A DNA stretch of 64,000 nucleotides from Massalongia carnosa (taxonomy: Eukaryota): positions 372,001-436,000 of the forward strand of contig OZ287077.1 of assembly GCA_965645245.1 (NCBI GenBank), read 5' to 3'. The notes beneath the pieces are model-generated. The model was not told where the DNA came from, searched no databases, and saw only the letters and a program-made list of their open reading frames with translations. The position numbers and the translations under genes were made by a program. This document shows positions 1 to 10,410 of this stretch, piece by piece. The stretch's first letter is position 1; each line of letters starts with the position of its first letter.

Positions 1-33
1 TTCTCTCCTCCCTACCTGATATACCATTTAACT
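1..33 (+). repeat. End of an LTR (partial, runs off window start)
   Basis: Exact reverse complement of 23413-23445, the LTR end that abuts a PBS. Confidence 0.6.
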
Positions 34-71
34 CAGTAACTACTTTTTTGCTCAGTAGGACTAATTGCGTT

Positions 72-223
72 TACGCCGCGCAACGGGTTGGGTTTTCGCC
101 ACAAATTTGCTTTTTCGCTACGGGGTTTTTCTTTCAAAACTCAACCCGGACACCATAAATCATAGGGTTCGCCACAAACGGGTTTGGTTTTCAGTAGAGA
201 AACCTGACCCGTTTCGCGGCGTA
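72..223. mobile_element. hAT-family MITE, 152 bp
   Basis: TIRs TACGCCGCG(C/A)AACGGGT; 8-bp TSD ATTGCGTT at 64-71 and 224-231. Confidence 0.9.
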
Positions 224-682
224 ATTGCGTTAGTTATAGAAGGTTCGGTGACGCGATTTTGATATACGCTCCAACAATAATGATAAAGAGAAAAGAAAAA
301 CTCGAAAGATCGAACTCGTCTCTATAAAGCAATTCTTCTCTAGTCTACATGCAGTAAGGTTGCGAAAGAGTTTTCCGCGTTATCTTGTGACTCCCGTTAT
401 AGGGTGGAGCGGTGATACTCTAAATTCAAATTGCTAGCGGTTCGGGAGTTGGTTCTTTTCGGCTCATACTCGGTAAAGGTAGCGGGGAAGTCAGGTGACA
501 GTCTTTCTTTTAGCTTAGTTATAGATGATTCTTTTCCTTTTGGAGCAAGCATGGTCGTAGCAATAGCTACACAACACATAGCATCTACGCCGCGGAATGG
601 GATGGGTTGGGTTCGGGTTGGGTTATTTTTGGGTTGGGTTGGGTTCGGGTTGGGTTTTCATTGGGTTACCCAAATCACATGC

Positions 683-896
683 TTAGTAATAGACCTTGAC
701 TTATCAACGTGGCGATCGGCGTTAGTATCTTATGTATTCTCAACTATACCATCTACTTACCATTAGGCATACTCTTCCTGGTGGTTGGTTTTCTTATCGC
801 ACCAGTTCTGGCACCTGGTCCGGGTATTCTGTCGAGTGTTCGGTTTGGAATTCGCGCAGGTTTGCGCGTACGCTTGCGTGGAGTCTTCGGTGCCAT
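683..896 (-). CDS. Putative ~50-aa Lys/Arg/Pro-rich microprotein inside hAT left end (2 exons)
   Basis: ATG at 896; MAPKTPRKRTRKPARIPNRTLDRIPGPGARTGAIRKPTTRKSMPN, then GTAAGT...TACTAAC...AG intron (760-700) and VKVYY*. Confidence 0.4.
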
Positions 897-1530
897 ATCT
901 AAAAGCAAACAGGCAAGCAGACAGGTTATCAGTGGTCGCGCGTGGCAACTAGGTTAGGTTGGGTATGGTTAGGTTCAGTATGACTAGGTTTGGTTGGCTA
1001 GTTTAGGTGGAATATGTATGCATGCGTTGGATTTGACTAAGTGTTTAGAACGTAAACGTAGTTATTAATGCTTTATCGCAACATAATCTAGTCAATGAAG
1101 TTACATTCCTACAGCTACATTCCTACTGTTATATCCTATATATACATTCCTATATATACAATCCTCGTCATTCGCAACAATGAGCAGCTCGCAGATGATA
1201 GATTCAGAGATATACGATCTTCAAGTTGTGGGCAAACCCACCAGATGCTACGCATATGTGGCCGAGAAGAGCGAGGAATTTATGGAATGGTGGCGAAGTA
1301 CGAGATGGCATTTTGCTAATGAAGAGAAGAGTAGAAAGGCGATGAAGAAGATCGATTGGGGATCGACCAAAAGAAAGGCAGCGGAATGGAAAGAGTTTCA
1401 GGAAGGCGCCACTGTGGGCGATGGTAATCCCAAATGTCACGGAATCGCTTCGCACCCTCCCGCTTGTCCTGATCGGGTTAGTATTTAACAGGGCCCATTG
1501 CTGTCATCCATCGTGCTCAGGCGTTCTTCT

Positions 1531-4500
1531 TGTTGAAGTGAATTGTTGATCACTATAGTGCATGTACGAATATTTAGAAGGAATAGTTTTGATTAATTCT
1601 ATCGTGGGTGCTTTTGAGCACCCACATCGGCTAAACTACCCTAGGCCCATTCCGGCCAAGCAGTCACCAACTGCCTGACACTTGTCCGTTAGGCTAATGT
1701 TTAGCGTAACATCAACACTCCCACTCAGGCATGGTGTCTGCCTTGGTTGATGCTATTCAGAAATTGCCCTGCCCTACCTCATGCCCATCATGGCCCTAAA
1801 GGCCTGGAACCTTGCTGGTGGTAGCGGCTTTGTCATCCCATCTGCTATCATTTCATTCGTTGAAATGTATGTGATGATTATCTTTCGGTCTAGTACAACT
1901 TCCCTTATCCAATGATGTCGTACGTCAATATGCTTTGTTCGTTTATGGAACTCTGGGTTAGCGGTAAGGTCAATCGCCCCCTTGTTGTCTGCTCGGAGGT
2001 CTGCTGGTTGGTCAGGTCGTCTGTGCCCGAGGGCCTCGAGGAAGCGAGAGCACCATAAGGCCTCCTTCCCTGCTTCAGTGATCGCCATATACTCAGCTTC
2101 GCATGAAGACAGAGCGACGGTCGGTTGTTGTTTTGATTGGTGAGAAATTGGACAGCCCGAAAGCATCCAAACGTACCCACCGGTCGACTTTCTTCCATCT
2201 ACGGTCCCCGCCCAATCAGAGTCAGTGTATCCGATTAGTTCATCCGGAGAGTCAGCCGAAAATGTCAGTCCTATGGTCAGTGTCCCTGCTAAATAGCGGA
2301 AGATTTGTTTGACTAGCTGTATGTGGGTGGGTCCGGGGTTTCTGCAATAGCGGCTGAGGACTCCCACAGAATAAGAGATGTCGGGTCGGGTGTGGACTGC
2401 TGGCCACATCAGTGACCCAATTGCTGACTGATACCAGGCCACAGTGGCTTTGTCCGCCACCTGTTTTGAGGGTAGAAGGGAGCTTGCTACTCCCGGATCC
2501 ATTGGTATGGAGGATTGCTTGCAGTCGGTCATTCCGAAACGGTCCAGAACCTTTTTGAGGTAGGTTGTTTGACGAAGGATTATTGTTTTTCCAACGTCAA
2601 CGTCAATTTCCATTCCTAAATAGTGAGAGACGTCACCCAGGTTCGTCATTTTGAACCGATCAGATAGTTGTTTATGTATGAACTCGAGGCGGGCTATGTC
2701 TGCCCCAAAGAGTAGTAGGTCGTCCACATATATCGCTATGAATTGCTTCTTGTCATCAGAAACAAACACTCCATGATCAAGTTCCAAGCGATGAAATCCT
2801 AGTTTCTTCAGGAAATCAACAAGGGTCTGGTACCACACTTGTGGTGATTGTTTCAGTCCATAAAGTGCTTTGATAAGCTTACAAACTAGGTGCGGTGTCG
2901 GGTTGAATAAATGAGGTTGTTCGACAAATATCAGTTCATCCAGATATCCATAGAGAAAAGCGGTCACAACATCCATATGACGAATGGTAAATCCACGTTT
3001 AACTCCTACACCCATCATGGCCTTATATGACATGGGCTTGACTACTGCAGCGAAGGTGTCGATGTAGTCTAGACCTTCTTCCTGCTTGTAGCCATGAACC
3101 ACCCATCGTGCTTTGTATTTTAGGATATTTCCATGTCGATCCTTTTTCAGTTTGAACACCCACCGTCCGGTGATTACCCGTCGGTCTTTTGGTGCTTCGG
3201 TCAACTCCCACGTGCCATTTTCGGTATGAGATTCAATTTCGGCCTTCATGGCCTCCATCCATTTGGGCCAATCAGGCCTAGCCATAGCCTCTTTGAGCGA
3301 GAAGGGTTCGTCTGGCCCTTCATTATCAATGTTGTTTGCAAGCATGGTTAGTGCCTTCATCATATGTATGTGGGATTTTGCCACGTTTTTGCTAGTGAAG
3401 TTAGTTCGTTTCGGTAGCCTACCTGGTCCATAAAAAATTTCATCAGGATATTGTGCTCGTTTGACTGGTGCCCGCTTGGACCTTCTCAATGGAACATGGT
3501 CAGAGGTGGAAGAATTGTGGCCTTCCGAGGCCTCGGGGGTCTCGGGGTCGGTGGCCTCGGCCTCGTGGTTGGTGGCCTCGGGGTCGTGGGTCAGACTATC
3601 ATAGGGACTATCATAATTTCCCCCTCCATAATTTTCTTCGACATTTCTCCCTTCTGGCCTTGTTTGTTGTGAATCTCCCACTGAATTTTGGTGTGAATGT
3701 TCCGTGTTTGGAGGAGAATCGGGGGGTGTAGGTAGGTGAGGTTTATTTGACCGAGGGGTGTAATAGTCCTCGGGTTTGTTATTTCCCTCGTCGTCAAAAT
3801 CGTCTGGATTTCCGAACTGATCATCGTCTGTTTGTGCCCATTCGTCATCAACAAGCTCGTTTGATCTGTAGGCTTTCCGGTCAAATAGGTTCTTTTCATC
3901 AATAGTTACGTCTCTAGTAACATGAACTTTGCCTGTGCAGGGGTCATATATCCGGTACTGATTGGTGCCTTCATAGCCCACATGGATGCCCTGCCAGGAC
4001 CGTTCGTCTAGCTTCTTTCGCTTTTCCTTGGGAATATGAACCCAAGCGCGTGCACCCAACACTCTTAGATGACCGAGGTTAGGCTTTTTGTTGTTTAGTT
4101 TCTCATATGGTGTCACCCCGTCCGTGTTAGGACTTCTGTTCTTCAGATAACACACTGCTTTGATGATTTCAGGCCATAGGCCCTTCGGTAATTTCATCGC
4201 TGATAAGATGGACCGAACTGAACTCATCAGAGTATAATTCAGTCGCTCGGCCTTTCCATTTTGCTCGGGTGTGTATGGGGCACTGCATTTCCATCTGATG
4301 TGTTGTTTCTTAAGATAGTCCTGAAAGGCTTCATTGTCATATTCACCTCCCCCATCCGAATGGAGTGCTCCCATCTGCATGCCAGTTTCCTGAGACGTCC
4401 ATTCGATATATTCCTTTGCCTTCTCAAAGGCCTGGCTCTTTAGCTTCATTGGATAAACATGGTACGTTCCAGTGGCATCGTCTTTGAAAGATATGTAGTA

Positions 4501-6636
4501 TTGTAACCCGTTTCTGGAGGCCGGGTATGGGCCTCCCAAATCACTATGGACCTCTTCCAGGAATTTTGAAGCTCGGGGCATGGGAGTTCGTGACGGCTTA
4601 CGTTGCTGTCTACCCTTCATGCATGGCCCACAAATTTCCTCTGGGACCGGCCCTTTCACCTCAATTCCTTCAGCTATTTTCGGAAGTTTTAGGATGTTTC
4701 GATAACCAAGGTGGCCCATTCTTTGATGCCAAATTTCAATGGTTGGTTTGATTGCATTCACTACTGGTTTAGTGTTTGCGAAGTTCGTCATGGCCTCCGA
4801 GGTTTTAATTCGAAGCACATATTGTCGATTGATAACGTCAGCTAGTCCGTGGATTTTGTTCTCATGAATTAATTGGGTAGGAACATCCGTACGTCTCAGG
4901 AACACCTCAACACCTTTCATTGCAAGGGGAACGGTGCTCAGTAAGTTGTGGCCTAGGGCAGGTGCCCAGCTTACATCTTTTACTGTCAGGACATTTATTG
5001 ATCCGTCTTCCTGGACCATGTTTAGGACTACGTCACCATACCCGAAGGCAGGAAGAACTTGCCCCGAGCCCGTTTGGAACTCATGGTAGTACTCAGTGTA
5101 GGTGGTAAAAAAGCCTCGGTTTGAGAAGAAATGGTCGGTGGCCCCAGAGTCTATGATTACGTAGGGGTTTGGTTTTGGAATGACTGCGGCCACTGACTTA
5201 CACGTCAAATGAATGGCCCCCATTCCTTTCTTCTCTTCGACCTCATTGGTCGGTGTGATCGGTATGATCTTTCTGATAAAGCAAGATAGCCCTTTGGTGG
5301 TTGCCTCTGGGGTGGTCGCCTCACTTTCCTGGTTCGTCTTGTTCTTTTTACAGAACTTCTTGATGTGGCCACGTTTACCACACCCATTACACTCCGCTTT
5401 GTCCATCCAGCAATCACCTTTTCCATGCGTTTTCTTGCACCTGGTGCAGACATATGTGTCTTTGCTGTCGGAAGTGTTATTGGAGTTGGAGTTGGAGTTC
5501 TCCCCCGGCTTTTTCTTTTTACCGGAGTCCCCACCTTTCTTTCCTTTCTGCGTGTAGTTCGCGGTTGCTTTGTCCTGATTGGCTAGTCGTAACTCTTCAT
5601 CCTCCAAGGCCTTTGCTAGGACCTCGAGTGTTGGAAGTTCTGCTTTCTCCCTCGACTCATGGCTGAGGATGGCCAGGTAGGACTTGAACTGAGTGTCTAA
5701 TGAATTTAGGGTATGAATTATGACCGCCTCGTCCATGGTTATTTTTAGGTCACTTATTTCAGAATTAATGTCCCTAATTTTACTGATGAACTCGGCCACG
5801 TTCTTGCAGTCCCGTTGGTGGATGGAGTGCAACTTTCCGAGTGTATTCCATTTTGATGCCCAATTTTGTAACGTGTATCGCGATTGTAGGTGGTCCCATA
5901 GCTCTTTTGGAGTCCATCTAGCGAGTGTGTTTTTGGATAGGAATTCTTTCTGGACGGTCTCGGTGCACATTCGCCCAATTTTTGCTACCGTACGGCGCGA
6001 GTCATCGTTGAAGTCTTTGATTTTTAGGGACCGCTGGTAAATTCGTTCGGCCCTTTCTTCATCATCATTTGTGGTCGCTACCAATGTTGGAGGTGGAATA
6101 GCCGTTCCTAGAACATGGTCCCATAGCTTAGCTTCCTCCAACGCAAAAGACATGTCGCGAGTCCATTGCTTGTAATTGGTTGAACCGGTCAGCTTTTTAA
6201 AGCTATAATCATACTTTGCATCAGATCCCATGGCTGCGGTACTGAAATATGATTGGTTCGGTCGGGTCTGGTCGATCTGGTGCGTCTGCACCGTTTGGTG
6301 GGGGGTCGAAGCAAAAGTTGACTGGCTGGTCGACTATTTGCTTGTTTGGGGTCGCAGGAACGCTGACTGGTTGGTCAGTTACCTGATTAGAATATATTCG
6401 TAGTGACTATGTAATTGTAATGCAGGTACCCATCCGGGTTCTCATAACCTGTTGAAGTGAATTGTTGATCACTATAGTGCATGTACGAATATTTAGAAGG
6501 AATAGTTTTGATTAATTCTATCGTGGGTGCTTTTGAGCACCCACATCGGCTAAACTACCCTAGGCCCATTCCGGCCAAGCAGTCACCAACTGCCTGACAC
6601 TTGTCCGTTAGGCTAATGTTTAGCGTAACATCAACA
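1531..6636 (-). mobile_element. Intact Ty1/Copia LTR retrotransposon (Copia-1)
   Basis: Identical 187-bp LTRs (1531-1717, 6450-6636), TG...CA, TSD CTTCT, PBS GGTTATGAG, PPT GAGTGGGAG, single gag-pol ORF. Confidence 0.97.
1774..6231 (-). CDS. Copia Gag-Pol polyprotein (Gag with CCHC knuckle, PR, IN, RT, RNase H)
   Basis: First ATG at 6231 within the 1505-aa ORF; motifs CNGCGKRGHIKKFC, IIDSGATDH, WHQRMGH, SDGGGEY, GKAER, YVDD, ADGMTK in Copia order. Confidence 0.95.
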   Translation of the reverse strand: MGSDAKYDYSFKKLTGSTNYKQWTRDMSFALEEAKLWDHVLGTAIPPPTLVATTNDDEERAERIYQRSLKIKDFNDDSRRTVAKIGRMCTETVQKEFLSKNTLARWTPKELWDHLQSRYTLQNWASKWNTLGKLHSIHQRDCKNVAEFISKIRDINSEISDLKITMDEAVIIHTLNSLDTQFKSYLAILSHESREKAELPTLEVLAKALEDEELRLANQDKATANYTQKGKKGGDSGKKKKPGENSNSNSNNTSDSKDTYVCTRCKKTHGKGDCWMDKAECNGCGKRGHIKKFCKKNKTNQESEATTPEATTKGLSCFIRKIIPITPTNEVEEKKGMGAIHLTCKSVAAVIPKPNPYVIIDSGATDHFFSNRGFFTTYTEYYHEFQTGSGQVLPAFGYGDVVLNMVQEDGSINVLTVKDVSWAPALGHNLLSTVPLAMKGVEVFLRRTDVPTQLIHENKIHGLADVINRQYVLRIKTSEAMTNFANTKPVVNAIKPTIEIWHQRMGHLGYRNILKLPKIAEGIEVKGPVPEEICGPCMKGRQQRKPSRTPMPRASKFLEEVHSDLGGPYPASRNGLQYYISFKDDATGTYHVYPMKLKSQAFEKAKEYIEWTSQETGMQMGALHSDGGGEYDNEAFQDYLKKQHIRWKCSAPYTPEQNGKAERLNYTLMSSVRSILSAMKLPKGLWPEIIKAVCYLKNRSPNTDGVTPYEKLNNKKPNLGHLRVLGARAWVHIPKEKRKKLDERSWQGIHVGYEGTNQYRIYDPCTGKVHVTRDVTIDEKNLFDRKAYRSNELVDDEWAQTDDDQFGNPDDFDDEGNNKPEDYYTPRSNKPHLPTPPDSPPNTEHSHQNSVGDSQQTRPEGRNVEENYGGGNYDSPYDSLTHDPEATNHEAEATDPETPEASEGHNSSTSDHVPLRRSKRAPVKRAQYPDEIFYGPGRLPKRTNFTSKNVAKSHIHMMKALTMLANNIDNEGPDEPFSLKEAMARPDWPKWMEAMKAEIESHTENGTWELTEAPKDRRVITGRWVFKLKKDRHGNILKYKARWVVHGYKQEEGLDYIDTFAAVVKPMSYKAMMGVGVKRGFTIRHMDVVTAFLYGYLDELIFVEQPHLFNPTPHLVCKLIKALYGLKQSPQVWYQTLVDFLKKLGFHRLELDHGVFVSDDKKQFIAIYVDDLLLFGADIARLEFIHKQLSDRFKMTNLGDVSHYLGMEIDVDVGKTIILRQTTYLKKVLDRFGMTDCKQSSIPMDPGVASSLLPSKQVADKATVAWYQSAIGSLMWPAVHTRPDISYSVGVLSRYCRNPGPTHIQLVKQIFRYLAGTLTIGLTFSADSPDELIGYTDSDWAGTVDGRKSTGGYVWMLSGCPISHQSKQQPTVALSSCEAEYMAITEAGKEALWCSRFLEALGHRRPDQPADLRADNKGAIDLTANPEFHKRTKHIDVRHHWIREVVLDRKIIITYISTNEMIADGMTKPLPPARFQAFRAMMGMR

Positions 6637-7695
6637 CTTCTGCCGCCCTCAGCGCACTCTCAATCTCCTACAATCCGCATCCAATCTCAACGTCTCCACT
6701 ATCCAGGCTTATGACTGAGAGTGCTTCAGCACAGATAAAGGCGGGATAGGTCAAAGCAATCATGTTAAGGAAATTAGTACAGGAACAGAGACGGGGCAAG
6801 TCGAGAATAGGAGAGTTGAAAGCCATGGCTATAAAGTCTATGTGGTTTCCCAGGTGTTTAGAGCTCTTCATCGGACGTCTTGTGTATTATTCTCTACTTC
6901 TAGTTTTAGCATATCTAGATATCCGTTCTGCAAGATAGAGTCTTGTATCTCTCCAGCCCTCCCCTGACACCAAAATAATCTGCTCGCGATGCTCCCTAGT
7001 CTTGAATCATCCCTCACTGGGCTCCGGAAATAACAGCATGACTAATCACATAAATTCCGAGTCCTGAAAGGAATGAAGCAACTTTCCTTAAAGGTTGGAT
7101 ATCGTGCCGAAGTATGACTACCACAATGACTACCACATTACGTGCTTTGCTAATCAATATTAGATTGAAGCAAAAAGACAAGAGACCTTAACTCTCAACG
7201 GGCGTAGACTAAAAAAGGATGATTTCACGCCTCAATTGCTTCGTATGATTGTTGCTCTTGGGCTACCGTTACGAAGTGTCGCCAATGTCGAATTGCAAAG
7301 AGCGTTTAACTGTCTGCTCGATAATGTACAGTTTCCTTCACAATCGACAATCAAGAATCGCTTGATGACCCGAAGTCAAGAGATTATTCCGCTTTTGCTC
7401 GAGAGGCTACCTAGGGGTAGTTCAAAGGTCTCTCTGGCTTTGGATTGTTGGTCGTCATTTAATCGTCAAAGTTATCTGGCCATCAATGCTTACTCGTATT
7501 CACCCCCATTTGCAACACATCCCCATTTGCAACACACCCCCATTTGCAACACGCTAGTTAGTAAGCACCCCACCAAAATCCGAAAAACCTTTACCTTTCA
7601 GCTTCGCATGCCACCAAAATTGCTAGTAATTGCAAGCCAACTGATGAAGTCGGTTCGGAATAATCTGAACATTTATTGACCTTAAATATAACCCA

Positions 7696-7957
7696 ATGGC
7701 TGCATCAAAAGAACTGGAATTGAGCTTTGTATGTACGTTTAAACCTCATCTTTTCACTCCCACTTTCCAGCTGTCTGACAGCAGCAGACTGTCCTAATAA
7801 CTTTCCCTTGACCAATCGATGTCCTCTAATCAACGAGGTCTTCCAGTTTGAGCTTCGAAAAAGCGATACTGTTGATCAAGAAGGCGTTGCTTGTGTTGGA
7901 TCGGAGGGAATTTTTAGGATAGGTCCTGAAGTCCCATCAACATCATTTGACAGATAA
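7696..7957 (+). CDS. Putative 68-aa accessory ORF in pogo 3' region (2 exons)
   Basis: ATG 7696, GTACGT...CTGAC...CAG intron 7733-7787, spliced frame open to TAA 7957. Confidence 0.25.
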
Positions 7958-8059
7958 ACTCAGGGCAAATGAACTTGTGAAAGGACTATTTATACGTACA
8001 GAGACTTTTTATTGGCTAGGAGGAGGAGGATCATGCGTACGAGGCGAGTTTCTAGTTCT

Positions 8060-9904
8060 TTAATCAAGCCTTTGCGACGGCTTTATTGTCCTACCACTTC
8101 GACTGATGCGCATTTCTTTCATTCTATTCGCCTCCGGCCCAATCATGAAAGTCTTTTTTGGCAATGAATTTCCTCTTGATCGCTTCTTGATAGGACTGGG
8201 CGAGAGAAGTATGATTGAACCCGAAGGCGGAGGAAGCATCGGAGGCCTTTGAAGAGCTTTCTTGATGGGACTGCGTTGTTTTGACTCCATGAATAAATCG
8301 GGACTGAGTTTGTTGAAAGATTTCACCAAAAGATTGAACTCTTTGGTCATTTGTTTATCAATCTTTTCCTTTTCTTTGCTAGCTAGCTTTTGCTCTCGTT
8401 CCTCGAGAACCTCCGAATTCATGATTCTAGCAGTACCATAATGTCCCTTCGCTCGATTTGCTCTTTCGTGTTTACGACGAGCAGCTACAAGAAGTTCTTC
8501 GTTTGTAATCCTGAGAAGATGACTGCTTGCCAACGCGGATTTGCAGGCCTTTCCAAGCTTGTCGAGAATCAATTGATTTGAGTCATTGTCAGTCAATTGC
8601 TCCATCAAAGTATTGACTTGATCAGCATTTGCTGGAGTAAATGCCACTGAAATAGAGACATCATTTGAACTCGTGACTGTCATTTTCGGAGGCGTAGAAG
8701 GATGAGGTGGACTAGGAAGTTTTTGAAGAACTATAGCAGGATTGAATGGAAACAACCCACTTTTGGACCAGGCATGCTGAATATTTTGAGTGGATAAAGC
8801 TCTGTTTCGAGCCTTTTGATAAAGAAGCAGAAAGTCTGCTTTATCAATTGAATAACCAACTCCTAGTCTAGTATACTTCTCCAGTTCCACCCGATAGGCT
8901 GTAGACAATGGATGAAAAACACCAACGTCTAAAGGCTGAAGCATGTCCGTTGAATGAGAAGGAAGACATAAAAGAATGATGTCTTTTTCCTTACAAAACT
9001 GAATCGCTTCTGAAGTAAGATGAGAAGCATGTCCATCGAGAATAAGAAGACGATAGCGACCTTTTAAACGGCTTCGTGTTTCCGGTTCAAAACACTGCTT
9101 TAACCAATCCAGACCGATTTCATTGTTTGTCCATCCATTCTCACTCAGAGCAATGTGACCACCTTCTTTGATAAATGAACGCCAGGCCTTTTGCTGTTGT
9201 TTACCTTTGAAAATAACCCATGGTTTAAGAACCGCTCCATCAGCAGATACACATTCGATCAGAGAAACCCATTCTCTATTACCGCATTGAGTCAATAATG
9301 CTGGTCGATCATGCTTAGAGCAAATTACTCTGAGCTTGCCCACTAGTCCCATAGCAAATCCTTTTTCATCCATATTGTAGCAGTCCTCCTCATTGAATTT
9401 GTATTGATTAAAATTCTTTGCGTACAGCTGAAACCATTGATTGAGCATTTCCGCATTATGCATTAAAGCTCTTTCCTTGTCCAATGCCTGACAAAACACA
9501 GTATCCAACTCTTTATGACGGGATAAAAATTTGCTCACCCAATTGATACCCAAATCGTTGCGATCGTCTCGCTTTATCAGCATTTCTAACGCCATAAAGC
9601 GAAGTTGTGTTACACGAGGAGGCCAGCCCCATGCCTCCATTTGTATTGTCCAGTCCACGAGAGCGGATTCCTCCTCCGGAAGTAATCGCTGCTGCAATAG
9701 AGCAGCTTCTTTATGAGTTTTCGTTTCTGCAAGTCGTCTAGTAAGGGTGGAATGAATGATACCATGCTTACGGGCGATTTTTCGAACGGATGGCTTGTCT
9801 TCGAAAGCTTTGGGACCGGCTTCCCAGTCATTAAATGATTCTCTATAAGCAGCAATAGCAAGCTGAATGCGCTCCTCTTTGGGCAGTTCGTCTGCTGAGT
9901 TCAT
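8060..9904 (-). CDS. Fot1/pogo DD35D transposase, intact, 614 aa
   Basis: N-terminal HTH/CENP-B-like region; NMDEKG, LILDGHASH, QPLDVG with 35 residues between the second and third D. Confidence 0.95.
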   Translation of the reverse strand: MNSADELPKEERIQLAIAAYRESFNDWEAGPKAFEDKPSVRKIARKHGIIHSTLTRRLAETKTHKEAALLQQRLLPEEESALVDWTIQMEAWGWPPRVTQLRFMALEMLIKRDDRNDLGINWVSKFLSRHKELDTVFCQALDKERALMHNAEMLNQWFQLYAKNFNQYKFNEEDCYNMDEKGFAMGLVGKLRVICSKHDRPALLTQCGNREWVSLIECVSADGAVLKPWVIFKGKQQQKAWRSFIKEGGHIALSENGWTNNEIGLDWLKQCFEPETRSRLKGRYRLLILDGHASHLTSEAIQFCKEKDIILLCLPSHSTDMLQPLDVGVFHPLSTAYRVELEKYTRLGVGYSIDKADFLLLYQKARNRALSTQNIQHAWSKSGLFPFNPAIVLQKLPSPPHPSTPPKMTVTSSNDVSISVAFTPANADQVNTLMEQLTDNDSNQLILDKLGKACKSALASSHLLRITNEELLVAARRKHERANRAKGHYGTARIMNSEVLEEREQKLASKEKEKIDKQMTKEFNLLVKSFNKLSPDLFMESKQRSPIKKALQRPPMLPPPSGSIILLSPSPIKKRSRGNSLPKKTFMIGPEANRMKEMRISRSGRTIKPSQRLD

Positions 9905-9922
9905 AATGAATTAATTGAGTTG

Positions 9923-10410
9923 TGTCACGGACAAGGTGCAGATAGGGAGATATGCAAGAGTTACTATTAGAAAGCTAGGTCTAGGGATAGTATACAAGAC
10001 GTCCGACGAAGAGCTCCAAACACCTGAGAAACCACATAGGTTTTATAGCCATGGCTTCCAACTCCCCTATTCTTGACTTGCCCTCATCTCTGTTCGTTCT
10101 AATTTCCTAACCATGATCGCTTTGACCTGTTCCGCCTTTCTCCATGCCGAAGCAATCTCTCTCTGCTGGGCAATCCCAGTCGTAGGCTTGGATAGTGGAG
10201 ACGTTGAGATTGGATTCGGGATGTAGGAGTTTGGGAGTGCACTGAAGGCAGCGGAAGAAGGTCTGAACACATGGGGTGAGGTTTTCAGGATAGTTCGGAA
10301 TAACGAGCCACGGTTCTATTCAACATGCAGGGCAGGTTTCACGGCAAGAGAGCCTGTTAAATACTAACCCGATCAGGAAACGTGGGAGGGTGCGAGGTAA
10401 TTCCATGACA
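9923..10410. mobile_element. Solo LTR B (488 bp, same family as LTR A)
   Basis: TGTCA...TGACA, TSD AGTTG. Confidence 0.9.

Larger units (their letters stand above)
1435..6969. mobile_element. Solo LTR A (~424 bp net), split by the Copia at 1531
   Basis: TGTCA...TGACA, TSD CCAAA; homologous in inverted orientation to 9923-10410. Confidence 0.85.

Noticed and set aside
232..585. Possible degraded LTRs flanking the hAT (continuing 13108-13330)
   Set aside because: No TSD or second copy found to fix the boundaries.
596..670. Telomere-like (GGGTT)n tract, also at 13005-13090
   Set aside because: These are inverted subterminal repeats of the hAT, not TTAGGG arrays.
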